Assembly: GCF_054482595.1 (NCBI RefSeq)
Contig: NZ_CM137008.1
DNA: 64,000 bases
Direction: 5' to 3' (one strand)
The translations under genes were made by a program, and so were the position numbers. Positions 12,456-22,032 of this stretch are shown here, piece by piece (positions within the stretch are counted from its first letter, which is position 1; each line of letters opens with the position of its first letter). Below the pieces are notes generated by a model, which saw only the letters and a program-made list of their open reading frames with translations, did not search any database and was not told where the DNA came from.

Positions 12456-14693
12456 GTGGACTGGCTTCTTGATGTTTTTGCTACCTGGCTCTACGGCTTA
12501 AAAGTAATCGCGATAACGTTAGCGGTCATCATGTTCATCAGCGGGCTGGACGATTTTTTTATTGATGTCGTCTACTGGGTACGCCGCATTAAACGCAAGT
12601 TGAGTGTTTATCGCCGCTACCCGCGAATGAGTTACCGCGAACTGTATAAACCAGATGAAAAACCGTTAGCGATTATGGTTCCGGCGTGGAATGAAACGGG
12701 CGTCATCGGCAATATGGCCGAGCTGGCGGCGACCACGCTCGACTACGAAAACTATCATATCTTTGTTGGCACCTACCCCAACGACCCGGACACTCAGCGT
12801 GATGTTGACGAAGTGTGCGCTCGCTTCCCGAATGTGCATAAGGTAGTCTGCGCGCGTCCTGGCCCCACCAGCAAAGCTGACTGTCTGAACAACGTGCTGG
12901 ACGCCATCACCCAATTTGAGCGTAGCGCCAATTTCGCTTTTGCTGGTTTTATTCTGCATGACGCCGAAGACGTAATTTCACCGATGGAGTTGCGTCTGTT
13001 CAACTATCTGGTCGAGCGTAAAGATCTGATTCAGATCCCGGTGTATCCGTTTGAACGCGAATGGACGCACTTCACCAGCATGACTTACATTGATGAGTTT
13101 TCAGAGCTGCATGGCAAAGATGTTCCGGTGCGTGAAGCCCTCGCCGGACAAGTGCCCAGCGCAGGCGTCGGCACCTGTTTCAGCCGCCGCGCCGTGACCG
13201 CACTGTTAGCTGACGGTGACGGTATTGCTTTCGACGTGCAGAGTCTTACTGAAGATTACGACATTGGCTTCCGCCTGAAAGAAAAAGGTATGACGGAAAT
13301 TTTTGTCCGTTTTCCGGTGGTGGACGAAGCCAAAGAACGCGAACAGCGTAAATTTTTACAGCACGCACGGACATCAAACATGATCTGCGTGCGCGAATAT
13401 TTCCCCGATACCTTTTCGACTGCGGTTCGACAAAAATCCCGCTGGATCATCGGCATTGTTTTCCAGGGCTTTAAAACCCATAAATGGACCTCCAGCCTGA
13501 CGCTGAACTACTTTCTCTGGCGCGACCGCAAAGGGGCAATCAGTAACTTTGTCAGCTTCCTCGCGATGCTGGTGATGATCCAGCTTTTGCTATTGCTGGC
13601 GTATGAAAGTTTGTGACCCGATGCCTGGCATTTCCTTTCTATTTTTAGCGGCAGCGCATGGTTAATGACCCTGCTGTGGCTAAACTTTGGCTTGATGGTT
13701 AACCGCATTGTGCAGCGGGTGATTTTTGTCACTGGCTACTACGGCCTCACGCAGGGCCTGCTTTCCGTCCTGCGTCTTTTCTGGGGCAACCTGATTAACT
13801 TTATGGCTAACTGGCGCGCGCTGAAACAGGTTCTTCAGCACGGCGATCCGCGTCGCGTGGCGTGGGATAAAACAACGCATGACTTCCCCAGCGTGACTGG
13901 CGATACCCGCTCGTTGCGCCCGTTAGGTCAAATTCTGCTGGAAAATCAGGTCATCACTGAAGAACAACTCGATACAGCATTGCGTAATCGCGTCGAAGGT
14001 CTACGCCTGGGCGGTTCAATGCTGATGCAGGGGCTGATTAGCGCCGAGCAACTGGCACAGGCGCTGACAGAGCAAAACAGCGTGGCGTGGGAGTCGATCG
14101 ATGCCTGGCAGATCCCTGCCTCGCTGATTGCCGAAATGCCAGCCTCCGTAGCGCTGCATTATGCAGTACTGCCGCTGCGTCTGGAAAATGATGAGTTAAT
14201 TGTCGGCAGTGAAGATGGTATTGACCCGGTTTCGCTGGCGGCCCTGACGCGTAAAGTCGGACGCAAAGTGCGTTACGTCATTGTTCTGCGGGGACAAATT
14301 GTCACGGGGTTACGTCACTGGTATGCACGCCGACGCGGTCACGATCCGCGGGCAATGTTGTACAATGCGGTTCAGCATCAGTGGCTCACGGAACAGCAGG
14401 CCGGTGAAATCTGGCGGCAATATGTGCCGCATCAGTTCCTGTTCGCCGAAATACTGACCACGCTCGGTCATATTAATCGTTCAGCAATTAACGTGTTGTT
14501 ATTGCGCCATGAACGCAGTTCTCTGCCGCTCGGCAAGTTTTTGGTCACCGAAGGCGTTATCAGCCAGGAAACGTTGGATCGCGTCCTGACAATTCAACGC
14601 GAATTACAAGTTTCGATGCAATCACTATTACTCAAAGCAGGTTTAAACACAGAACAGGTTGCGCAACTGGAGTCCGAAAATGAAGGAGAATAA
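12456..14693 (+). pseudogene. nfrB: nfrB (c-di-GMP-dependent GT2 exopolysaccharide synthase / phage N4 receptor component) interrupted by one in-frame TGA at 13614-13616
   Basis: Track ORFs 12456..13616 and 13665..14693 are in the same frame (the offset of 1209 is 3x403). The 16 intervening codons (PDAWHFLSIFSGSAWL) are open. The N-terminal part has GT2 motifs (HDAED, QKSRW); the C-terminal part has MshEN-type motifs. Confidence 0.9.
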
Positions 14694-17652
14694 CCTTAAT
14701 CGCGTCATCGGATGGTCTGGTTTACTGCTGACGTCTTTATTGAGTACCAGCGCACTCGCAGACAATATCGGCACCAGCGCAGAAGAGCTGGGGCTGAGCG
14801 ATTATCGCCATTTTGTTATTTATCCCCGTCTCGATAAGGCGCTGAAGGCACAGAAAAATAACGACGAAGCAACCGCCATCCGCGAATTTGAATATATACA
14901 CCAGCAGGTGCCGGATAATATTCCGCTGACTTTATACCTTGCGGAAGCCTATCGCCATTTTGGTCATGATGACCGGGCGCGGCTGTTGCTTGAGGATCAA
15001 CTGAAACGTCACCCAGGAGATGCCCGACTTGAGCGCAGTCTGGCGGCTATTCCAGTTGAAGTGAAAAGCGTTACGACAGTTGAAGAACTGCTTGCCCAGC
15101 AAAAAGCGTGCGATGCTGCGCCGACCCTGCGTTGTCGCAGTGAAGTCGGGCAGAATGCCCTGCGGCTGGCACAGTTACCTGTCGCCAGAGCGCAACTGAA
15201 CGATGCGACGTTTGCTGCATCGCCGGAAGGAAAAACGCTGCGAACCGATCTGCTGCAACGGGCAATCTACCTGAAACAATGGTCCCAGGCAGATACGCTA
15301 TACAATGAAGCACGCCAGCAGAACACATTAAGCGCGGCAGAACGCCGTCAGTGGTTTGACGTGCTTCTTGCCGGGCAGCTGGACGATCGGATCCTGGCAC
15401 TGCAATCACAGGGGATCTTCACCGATCCTCAGTCATATATTACTTACGCGACCGCGCTGGCTTATCGTGGCGAAAAAGCATGCCTCCAGCATTATCTCAT
15501 TGAAAATAAGCCGCTGTTTACCACGGACGCACAAGAGAAAAGTTGGCTCTATCTGTTATCTAAATACAGCGCCAACCCCGTTCAGGCATTGGCGAATTAT
15601 ACGGTGCAGTTTGCCGATAACCGCCAGTATGTTGTTGGCGCGACGCTACCGGTGCTGTTAAAAGAAGGTCAGTACGACGCAGCGCAAAAACTGCTCGCCA
15701 CCCTCCCCGCCAATGAAATGCTTGAGGAGCGTTATGCTGTCAGCGTGGCGACCCGTAACAAGGCTGAAGCTCTGCGTCTGGCACGCTTGCTGTATCAGCA
15801 AGAACCGGCAAATCTTACCCGCCTGGATCAACTAACCTGGCAACTGATGCAGAACGAGCAGTCACGGGAAGCTGCCGATTTATTGCTGCAACGCTATCCT
15901 TTCCAGGGCGATGCGCGTATCAGCCAGACTTTAATGGCGCGACTGGCGTCTCTGCTGGAAAGTCATCCTTACCTGGCAACGCCGGCGAAGGTGGCGATTT
16001 TATCGAAACCCTTACCGCTGGCGGAGCAACGTCAGTGGCAAAGTCAGTTGCCGGGTATTGCAGATAATTGCCCGGCAATAGTTCGCTTGCTGGGCGATAT
16101 GTCGCCTTCCTACGATGCCGCCGCCTGGAACCGTCTGGCAAAGTGTTATCGGGACACGCTACCCGGTGTGGCGTTGTATGCATGGCTTCAGGCCGAACAA
16201 CGACAACCGAACGCCTGGCAACATCGTGCGGTAGCCTATCAGGCGTATCAGGTTGAGGACTACGCCACCGCACTGGCGGCCTGGCAGAAAATCAGTCTTC
16301 ACGACATGAGCAATGAGGATCTGCTTGCTGCTGCCAATACCGCCCAGGCGGCAGGAAATGGTGCGGCTCGCGATCGCTGGCTACAACAGGCAGAACAACG
16401 TGGACTGGGAAGCAATGCCCTCTACTGGTGGCTGCATGCGCAACGTTACATTCCTGGTCAGCCGGAACTCGCACTGAACGATCTCACGCGCTCAATCAAT
16501 ATTGCGCCTTCTGCCAACGCTTACGTTGCGCGGGCGACAATTTATCGCCAACGTCATAATGTCCCGGCCGCGGTGAGTGATTTGCGCGCCGCGCTGGAAC
16601 TGGAACCGAATAATAGCAACACCCAGGCAGCGCTTGGTTACGCCTTGTGGGATAGCGGTGATATCGCACAGTCGCGGGAAATGCTCGAACAGGCGCATAA
16701 AGGGCTTCCGGACGATCCGGCACTGATCCGACAACTGGCCTATGTGAACCAGCGTCTGGATGACATGCCTGCGACGCAGCACTACGCCCGGCTGGTGATT
16801 GATGACATTGATAATCAGGCGCTAATAACCCCATTGACGCCAGAGCAAAATCAACAACGCTTCAATTTCCGCCGTTTGCATGAGGAGGTCGGTCGCCGCT
16901 GGACGTTCAGTTTCGATTCTTCTATCGGCTTGCGTTCCGGCGCAATGAGTACCGCTAACAATAATGTCGGCGGCGCAGCGCCAGGGAAAAGCTATCGTAG
17001 CTACGGGCAACTGGAAGCCGAATACCGCATCGGACGCAATATGCTGCTGGAAGGCGACCTGCTCTCAGTTTATAGCCGCGTCTTTGCCGATACCGGAGAA
17101 AACGGGGTGATGATGCCGGTGAAAAATCCGATGTCCGGCACCGGTCTACGCTGGAAGCCGCTGCGCGATCAGATCTTTTTCCTCGCCGTCGAACAGCAGT
17201 TGCCGCTGAACGGGCAAAATGGCGCATCCGATACCATGCTGCGCGCCAGCGCCTCATTCTTTAATGGCGGCAAATACAGCGACGAATGGCACCCGAACGG
17301 TTCAGGCTGGTTTGCCCAAAACCTGTACCTCGATGCGGCGCAATATATCCGCCAGGATATTCAGGCGTGGACGGCAGATTATCGCGTCAGCTGGCATCAG
17401 AAGGTAGCTAACGGACAGACTATTGAGCCTTACGCTCACGTTCAGGACAACGGCTATCGTGATAAAGGCACTCAGGGCGCGCAGCTTGGCGGTGTCGGGG
17501 TCCGCTGGAATATTTGGACCGGCGAGACGCACTACGACGCCTGGCCGCACAAAGTCAGTCTCGGCGTCGAGTATCAACATACCTTTAAGGCGATTAATCA
17601 ACGTAACGGAGAGCGCAACAACGCGTTTCTCACCATTGGAGTGCACTGGTAA
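14680..17652 (+). CDS. nfrA: outer-membrane TPR-containing protein, phage N4 adsorption protein A
   Basis: ATG 14680 (MKENNLNRVIGWSGLLL..., with a signal peptide) gives 990 aa and overlaps the nfrB end by 14 nt. Recognised as NfrA. Confidence 0.94.
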   Translation: MKENNLNRVIGWSGLLLTSLLSTSALADNIGTSAEELGLSDYRHFVIYPRLDKALKAQKNNDEATAIREFEYIHQQVPDNIPLTLYLAEAYRHFGHDDRARLLLEDQLKRHPGDARLERSLAAIPVEVKSVTTVEELLAQQKACDAAPTLRCRSEVGQNALRLAQLPVARAQLNDATFAASPEGKTLRTDLLQRAIYLKQWSQADTLYNEARQQNTLSAAERRQWFDVLLAGQLDDRILALQSQGIFTDPQSYITYATALAYRGEKACLQHYLIENKPLFTTDAQEKSWLYLLSKYSANPVQALANYTVQFADNRQYVVGATLPVLLKEGQYDAAQKLLATLPANEMLEERYAVSVATRNKAEALRLARLLYQQEPANLTRLDQLTWQLMQNEQSREAADLLLQRYPFQGDARISQTLMARLASLLESHPYLATPAKVAILSKPLPLAEQRQWQSQLPGIADNCPAIVRLLGDMSPSYDAAAWNRLAKCYRDTLPGVALYAWLQAEQRQPNAWQHRAVAYQAYQVEDYATALAAWQKISLHDMSNEDLLAAANTAQAAGNGAARDRWLQQAEQRGLGSNALYWWLHAQRYIPGQPELALNDLTRSINIAPSANAYVARATIYRQRHNVPAAVSDLRAALELEPNNSNTQAALGYALWDSGDIAQSREMLEQAHKGLPDDPALIRQLAYVNQRLDDMPATQHYARLVIDDIDNQALITPLTPEQNQQRFNFRRLHEEVGRRWTFSFDSSIGLRSGAMSTANNNVGGAAPGKSYRSYGQLEAEYRIGRNMLLEGDLLSVYSRVFADTGENGVMMPVKNPMSGTGLRWKPLRDQIFFLAVEQQLPLNGQNGASDTMLRASASFFNGGKYSDEWHPNGSGWFAQNLYLDAAQYIRQDIQAWTADYRVSWHQKVANGQTIEPYAHVQDNGYRDKGTQGAQLGGVGVRWNIWTGETHYDAWPHKVSLGVEYQHTFKAINQRNGERNNAFLTIGVHW

Positions 17653-18543
17653 ATGCGTAAGTTCATTTTCGTATTGCTGACACTGCTTTTGGTCAGCCCT
17701 TTTTCCTTTGCGATGAAAGGTATTATCTGGCAACCACAAAACCGAGATAGTCAGGTTACCGATACCCAGTGGCAGGGGCTGATGAGTCAGTTACGTTTGC
17801 AAGGCTTCGATACCCTGGTTTTGCAATGGACCCGTTACGGCGATGCATTTACCCAGCCAGAACAGCGCACGTTATTGTTTAAGCGTGCCGCAGCTGCGCA
17901 ACAGGCTGGCCTGAAGCTGATTGTCGGGCTGAACGCCGATCCGGAATTTTTTATGCACCAGAAACAGTCGTCCGCAGCGCTGGAAAGCTATCTTAATCGC
18001 CTGCTGGCTGCCGATCTCCAGCAAGCCAGATTATGGAGCGCCGCGCCTGGCATAACGCCGGATGGCTGGTACATCAGCGCGGAAATTGACGACCTGAACT
18101 GGCGCAGCGAAGCCGCCCGTCAGCCTTTGCTAACATGGTTAAACAACGCGCAGCGGCTGATTAGCGATGTTTCAGCAAAACCGGTTTATATCAGTAGTTT
18201 TTTCGCCGGAAACATGTCGCCCGATGGCTATCGCCAACTGCTGGAACACGTTAAAGCAACCGGCGTTAATGTCTGGGTACAGGATGGCAGCGGCGTGGAT
18301 AAACTGACCGCTGAACAGCGTGAACGTTATCTACAGGCCAGCGCCGATTGCCAAAGATCCGCCCCAGCAAGCGGCATTGTTTATGAACTGTTTGTCGCCG
18401 GCAAAGGCAAAACCTTTACAGCGAAACCGAAACCGGACGCAGAAATTGCCTCGCTGTTAGCGAAACGTTCCTCTTGCGGTAAAGACACTCTCTATTTCTC
18501 TCTGCGCTATTTGCCCGTCGCGCACGGCATTCTCGAGTATTAA
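17653..18543 (+). CDS. ybcH: periplasmic protein YbcH (third gene of the nfrBA-ybcH operon)
   Basis: The ATG immediately follows the nfrA TAA. The product is 296 aa with a signal peptide, MRKFIFVLLTLLLVSPFSFA. Confidence 0.9.
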   Translation: MRKFIFVLLTLLLVSPFSFAMKGIIWQPQNRDSQVTDTQWQGLMSQLRLQGFDTLVLQWTRYGDAFTQPEQRTLLFKRAAAAQQAGLKLIVGLNADPEFFMHQKQSSAALESYLNRLLAADLQQARLWSAAPGITPDGWYISAEIDDLNWRSEAARQPLLTWLNNAQRLISDVSAKPVYISSFFAGNMSPDGYRQLLEHVKATGVNVWVQDGSGVDKLTAEQRERYLQASADCQRSAPASGIVYELFVAGKGKTFTAKPKPDAEIASLLAKRSSCGKDTLYFSLRYLPVAHGILEY

Positions 18544-18725
18544 ATCTCCTCCAGGTAAGTCGGGTACGACCTGGCTTACCTCTTTCGCTCTCGTCAGAAT
18601 TCCATCAAGATTAATTGCTAAAAAGCGTGCTAAAGAAAGAAGATCGTTATCGGCGAACGGGCCGATCACTCATGCAGGAAGCATAGATCCTTTGAGCGGA
18701 GTTTCTGATATCTGAGGAGTGCGAA

Positions 18726-19487
18726 ATGCAATTGAGCAGCAGTGAACCTTGCGTGGTGATCCTGACCGAAAAAGAGGTAGAGGTAAGCGTCAATAACCAT
18801 GCTACGTTTACCCTTCCGAAAAACTACCTGGCCGCCTTCGCGTGCAACAATAACGTCATTGAACTCTCAACGTTAAATCACGTATTAATCACCCACATCA
18901 ACCGTAACATCATCAACGATTATCTGTTGTTTTTAAATAAGAACTTAACCTGTGTAAAGCCCTGGTCGCGGCTGGCTACCCCGGTTATCGCTTGTCATAG
19001 CCGTACACCGGAAGTGTTCCGGCTAGCCGCCAACCACAGCAAGCAGCAACCCAGCAAACCCTGCGAAGCGGAGTTGACGCGCGCATTGCTTTTTACCGTA
19101 TTGTCTAACTTTCTTGAGCAATCGCGGTTTATTGCCCTACTGATGTATATCTTACGCAGCAGCGTCCGCGACAGCGTCTGCCGCATTATTCAAAGCGATA
19201 TTCAGCATTACTGGAATCTGCGAATTGTCGCCAGTTCGCTATGTTTAAGCCCCAGCCTGCTCAAAAAGAAATTAAAAAACGAAAATACCAGCTATAGCCA
19301 GATTGTCACAGAGTGTCGTATGCGTTACGCCGTACAGATGTTATTGATGGATAACAAAAATATCACTCAGGTGGCGCAATTATGTGGCTATAGCAGCACG
19401 TCGTACTTTATCTCTGTTTTTAAGGCGTTTTACGGCCTGACACCGTTGAATTATCTCGCCAAACAGCGACAAAAAGTGATGTGGTGA
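18726..19487 (+). CDS. envY: AraC-family transcriptional regulator (porin thermoregulation)
   Basis: 253-aa ORF with a C-terminal AraC HTH (…QVAQLCGYSSTSYFISVFKAFYGLTP…), recognised as EnvY. Confidence 0.93.
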   Translation: MQLSSSEPCVVILTEKEVEVSVNNHATFTLPKNYLAAFACNNNVIELSTLNHVLITHINRNIINDYLLFLNKNLTCVKPWSRLATPVIACHSRTPEVFRLAANHSKQQPSKPCEAELTRALLFTVLSNFLEQSRFIALLMYILRSSVRDSVCRIIQSDIQHYWNLRIVASSLCLSPSLLKKKLKNENTSYSQIVTECRMRYAVQMLLMDNKNITQVAQLCGYSSTSYFISVFKAFYGLTPLNYLAKQRQKVMW

Positions 19488-19532
19488 AGGGCAAAGCGGA
19501 AACGGATAAGACGGGCATAAATGAAGAAGAAA

Positions 19533-19609
19533 TGGCGCGCCCTGCAGGATTCGAACCTGCGGCCCACGACTTAGAAGGTCGTTGCTCTATCCAACTGAGC
19601 TAAGGGCGC
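19533..19609 (-). tRNA. argU: tRNA-Arg (anticodon UCU)
   Basis: The reverse complement reads GCGCCCTTAGCTCAGTTGGATAGAGCAACGACCTTCTAAGTCGTGGGCCGCAGGTTCGAATCCTGCAGGGCGCGCCA. This is 77 nt with a cloverleaf-compatible acceptor stem, GTTCGAATC T-loop, CT-TCT-AA anticodon loop and encoded CCA. Confidence 0.97.
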
Positions 19610-19640
19610 GTTGATACCGCAATGCGGTGTAATCGCGTGA

Positions 19641-19668
19641 ATTATACGGTCAACCCTTGCTGAGTCAA
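19641..19668 (-). promoter_or_regulatory. near-consensus sigma70 promoter for argU
   Basis: On the minus strand: TTGACT (19668-19663), 16-nt spacer, TATAAT (19646-19641). The -10 element ends 31 nt upstream of the mature tRNA 5-prime end. Confidence 0.6.
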
Positions 19669-19851
19669 TGGCTTTTGATCTGGTTGCTGAACAAGTGAAC
19701 GACCGCGTCTGATTTTCTGATTTATTTCGCTATAGCGGCAAACAAACGCACACCGCTGCGCGTCTGAATCAAGAAAACCCGTATTTTCATGTATCAAAGT
19801 ACAATTTCCCGCCCTAACGGAAAATTGTCCGCTCCTATGAGACTGGTAACT

Positions 19852-20484
19852 ATGAAACCAACGTCGGTGATCATTATGGATACTCATCCTATCATCAGAA
19901 TGTCTATTGAAGTTCTGTTGCAAAAAAACAGTGAATTGCAGATTGTCCTGAAAACGGATGATTATCGCATAACCATCGATTATCTCCGAACCCGTCCTGT
20001 TGATTTAATCATTATGGATATAGACTTGCCCGGAACAGACGGTTTTACCTTCCTGAAAAGGATCAAACAAATCCAGAGCACAGTGAAAGTATTATTTTTA
20101 TCATCGAAATCAGAATGCTTTTATGCTGGCAGAGCGATACAAGCTGGTGCTAACGGTTTTGTCAGTAAATGCAATGATCAGAATGATATTTTTCATGCCG
20201 TTCAGATGATCCTCTCCGGATACACTTTTTTTCCCAGCGAAACGCTCAACTATATAAAAAGCAATAAATGTAGTACGAATAGTTCAACGATCACTGTGCT
20301 ATCTAATCGTGAAGTGACGATATTACGTTATCTGGTCAGCGGATTATCTAATAAAGAAATTGCCGATAAGTTATTACTTAGCAATAAAACAGTTAGCGCG
20401 CATAAATCTAATATTTATGGCAAGCTAGGTTTGCATTCAATTGTAGAGCTCATCGACTACGCCAAATTATATGAATTAATATAA
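19852..20484 (+). CDS. fimZ: LuxR/NarL-family response regulator of fimbrial expression
   Basis: ATG 19852 (MKPTSVIIMDTHPIIR...) gives 210 aa. The track ORF extends 21 codons upstream. It has a receiver domain plus a LuxR HTH (SNKEIADKLLLSNKTVSAHK). Confidence 0.93.
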   Translation: MKPTSVIIMDTHPIIRMSIEVLLQKNSELQIVLKTDDYRITIDYLRTRPVDLIIMDIDLPGTDGFTFLKRIKQIQSTVKVLFLSSKSECFYAGRAIQAGANGFVSKCNDQNDIFHAVQMILSGYTFFPSETLNYIKSNKCSTNSSTITVLSNREVTILRYLVSGLSNKEIADKLLLSNKTVSAHKSNIYGKLGLHSIVELIDYAKLYELI

Positions 20485-20486
20485 TA

Positions 20487-21002
20487 TTAATTATAATTGA
20501 TCATAAATATCGCATCCGCTTTCGCCACACCTGGCCGAACACCGCTGGCTAACGCTCGATAATTGGCAAAAAAGTTTAGTGTGACATTGCCATTTGCATC
20601 AACTTCCTCAGTCGGGCTCGCCTCCCCCAGTGCAAGCCGGGAGCGATCGCTATTACGTAATTCGATGGCGACGGTTTGTGCCATTGCGGGATCATCCAGA
20701 GCCAGCAGGTTGGCATCAGATGCCGGCGTTCCCGTAAATAAAATCGCAACTGAACCCGGAGGACATCCCTCCAGCCGCAGGCTAAAAGGGACGAGTGCCG
20801 TGGTATCGCCAGCGTTCAGTAGTTGTGTCGTAGGCCATCTGCCTAAATCTACCGTCTTATCAATATCCGCTGTGTTTACGGTACAGGAGAAATCAACAAC
20901 GTTACCGTGCAAATTGATATTAATCGTTCCTAAAGGGTCAGCTGCCCATCCACTGGAACTCCACAGTAACCCGCAGAAACAGCTAAAGAATACTCTTCTC
21001 AT
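20487..21002 (-). CDS. sfmF: minor fimbrial subunit (FimG-like)
   Basis: ATG 21002 (MRRVFFSCFCGLLWSSSGWA...) gives 171 aa. The track ORF continues 65 codons upstream into sfmH and was rejected. The product is a fimbrial subunit fold ending ...FMINYN. Confidence 0.9.
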   Translation of the reverse strand: MRRVFFSCFCGLLWSSSGWAADPLGTININLHGNVVDFSCTVNTADIDKTVDLGRWPTTQLLNAGDTTALVPFSLRLEGCPPGSVAILFTGTPASDANLLALDDPAMAQTVAIELRNSDRSRLALGEASPTEEVDANGNVTLNFFANYRALASGVRPGVAKADAIFMINYN

Positions 21003-21012
21003 TCTCCGTACC

Positions 21013-22020
21013 TCATTGATAATCGACGCGTAAATACCCCAGCGCGCTAAACGGCCCTTCGGTCGGTTTTTGACCGGTAATACTGATAGGCCAGGCGCGA
21101 AGTGTGACATTGGCTGCCGCAGCTGCATCCAGACGGAAAGGAATAACGCTATTGAGATCGTTAGGCGTGATCGGCGTATCGTTCTGATCGGCGACAATAA
21201 AACCTAAATCCTGATTGTCCGACACCATCGCCTGACCAGAAACGGCACTGGCTTCCAGACGCATTGTTAAATAAGCCTGCGCAGCAACATTCGTACATTT
21301 GACCGCAATGCTCTTGGTTTGCGGCATGACACCAGCAGGTCGATTACCCGGCCCTGCCGCACTAAATAACGATGCGCCGATATCACCAAAATCAAATTCA
21401 ACAATCTGCCCGGCATTTAATTCGCAGTTTTGCGGTACTTCAACCCGGCCACCAAAACTAATGGTATAAACAGGTGTAACCAACGGATCGTAAGGCGTTG
21501 ATGTCACATACACGGTAAACATCACCTGTCTGGGGATCTCCACCATGTTAATAAAGGGCCGAATAACCTTTAAACGAAATATCAAACGAGAATCCATCAC
21601 CCCGAACGGAAGGTTTTGCGAAACGTTAGGATCTGTTCCCATACGAATATAATTTTGCGGGGGAAATTGAATATCCATCACGCTATCAACCAGACTCATC
21701 GCACCTAATAGATAATCATTTAATTGCATATATTTATAATTATCGATAGTTTCCTGAACAATAAAGTTGGTGACATAACTACGGTATGTATAATTCACCA
21801 GCGTGCCGGGTGGACAAATTGCTGACACACCTACCCAGCCGGATTTTTCCGGTAAAACAACAATCTGCCCTGGCTGGTTATTGGTGCTATTAAAGACATT
21901 TGAGAGATCATAGTGTTCATCTTCTGCTACGCCAGTACTATTTGCACAAACAGTAGCCCAGGATATGTTTGCCAGACACAAACATGCCATCGCCAATAAT
22001 AATCTGCAGATTATCTTCAT
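21013..22020 (-). CDS. sfmH: fimbrial adhesin-like tip protein (FimH-like)
   Basis: 335-aa ORF with signal peptide MKIICRLLLAMACLCLANISWA. An internal Met 10 codons downstream is an alternative start. Confidence 0.88.
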   Translation of the reverse strand: MKIICRLLLAMACLCLANISWATVCANSTGVAEDEHYDLSNVFNSTNNQPGQIVVLPEKSGWVGVSAICPPGTLVNYTYRSYVTNFIVQETIDNYKYMQLNDYLLGAMSLVDSVMDIQFPPQNYIRMGTDPNVSQNLPFGVMDSRLIFRLKVIRPFINMVEIPRQVMFTVYVTSTPYDPLVTPVYTISFGGRVEVPQNCELNAGQIVEFDFGDIGASLFSAAGPGNRPAGVMPQTKSIAVKCTNVAAQAYLTMRLEASAVSGQAMVSDNQDLGFIVADQNDTPITPNDLNSVIPFRLDAAAAANVTLRAWPISITGQKPTEGPFSALGYLRVDYQ

Positions 22021-22032
22021 TGATAATTTCCT

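Noticed and set aside
13614-13616. Possibility that the in-frame TGA in nfrB encodes selenocysteine
   Set aside because: I saw no SECIS-like stem-loop in the 40 nt downstream. The position is most simply a Trp codon (TGG) with one substitution, and the flanking sequence is an ordinary membrane-segment context.
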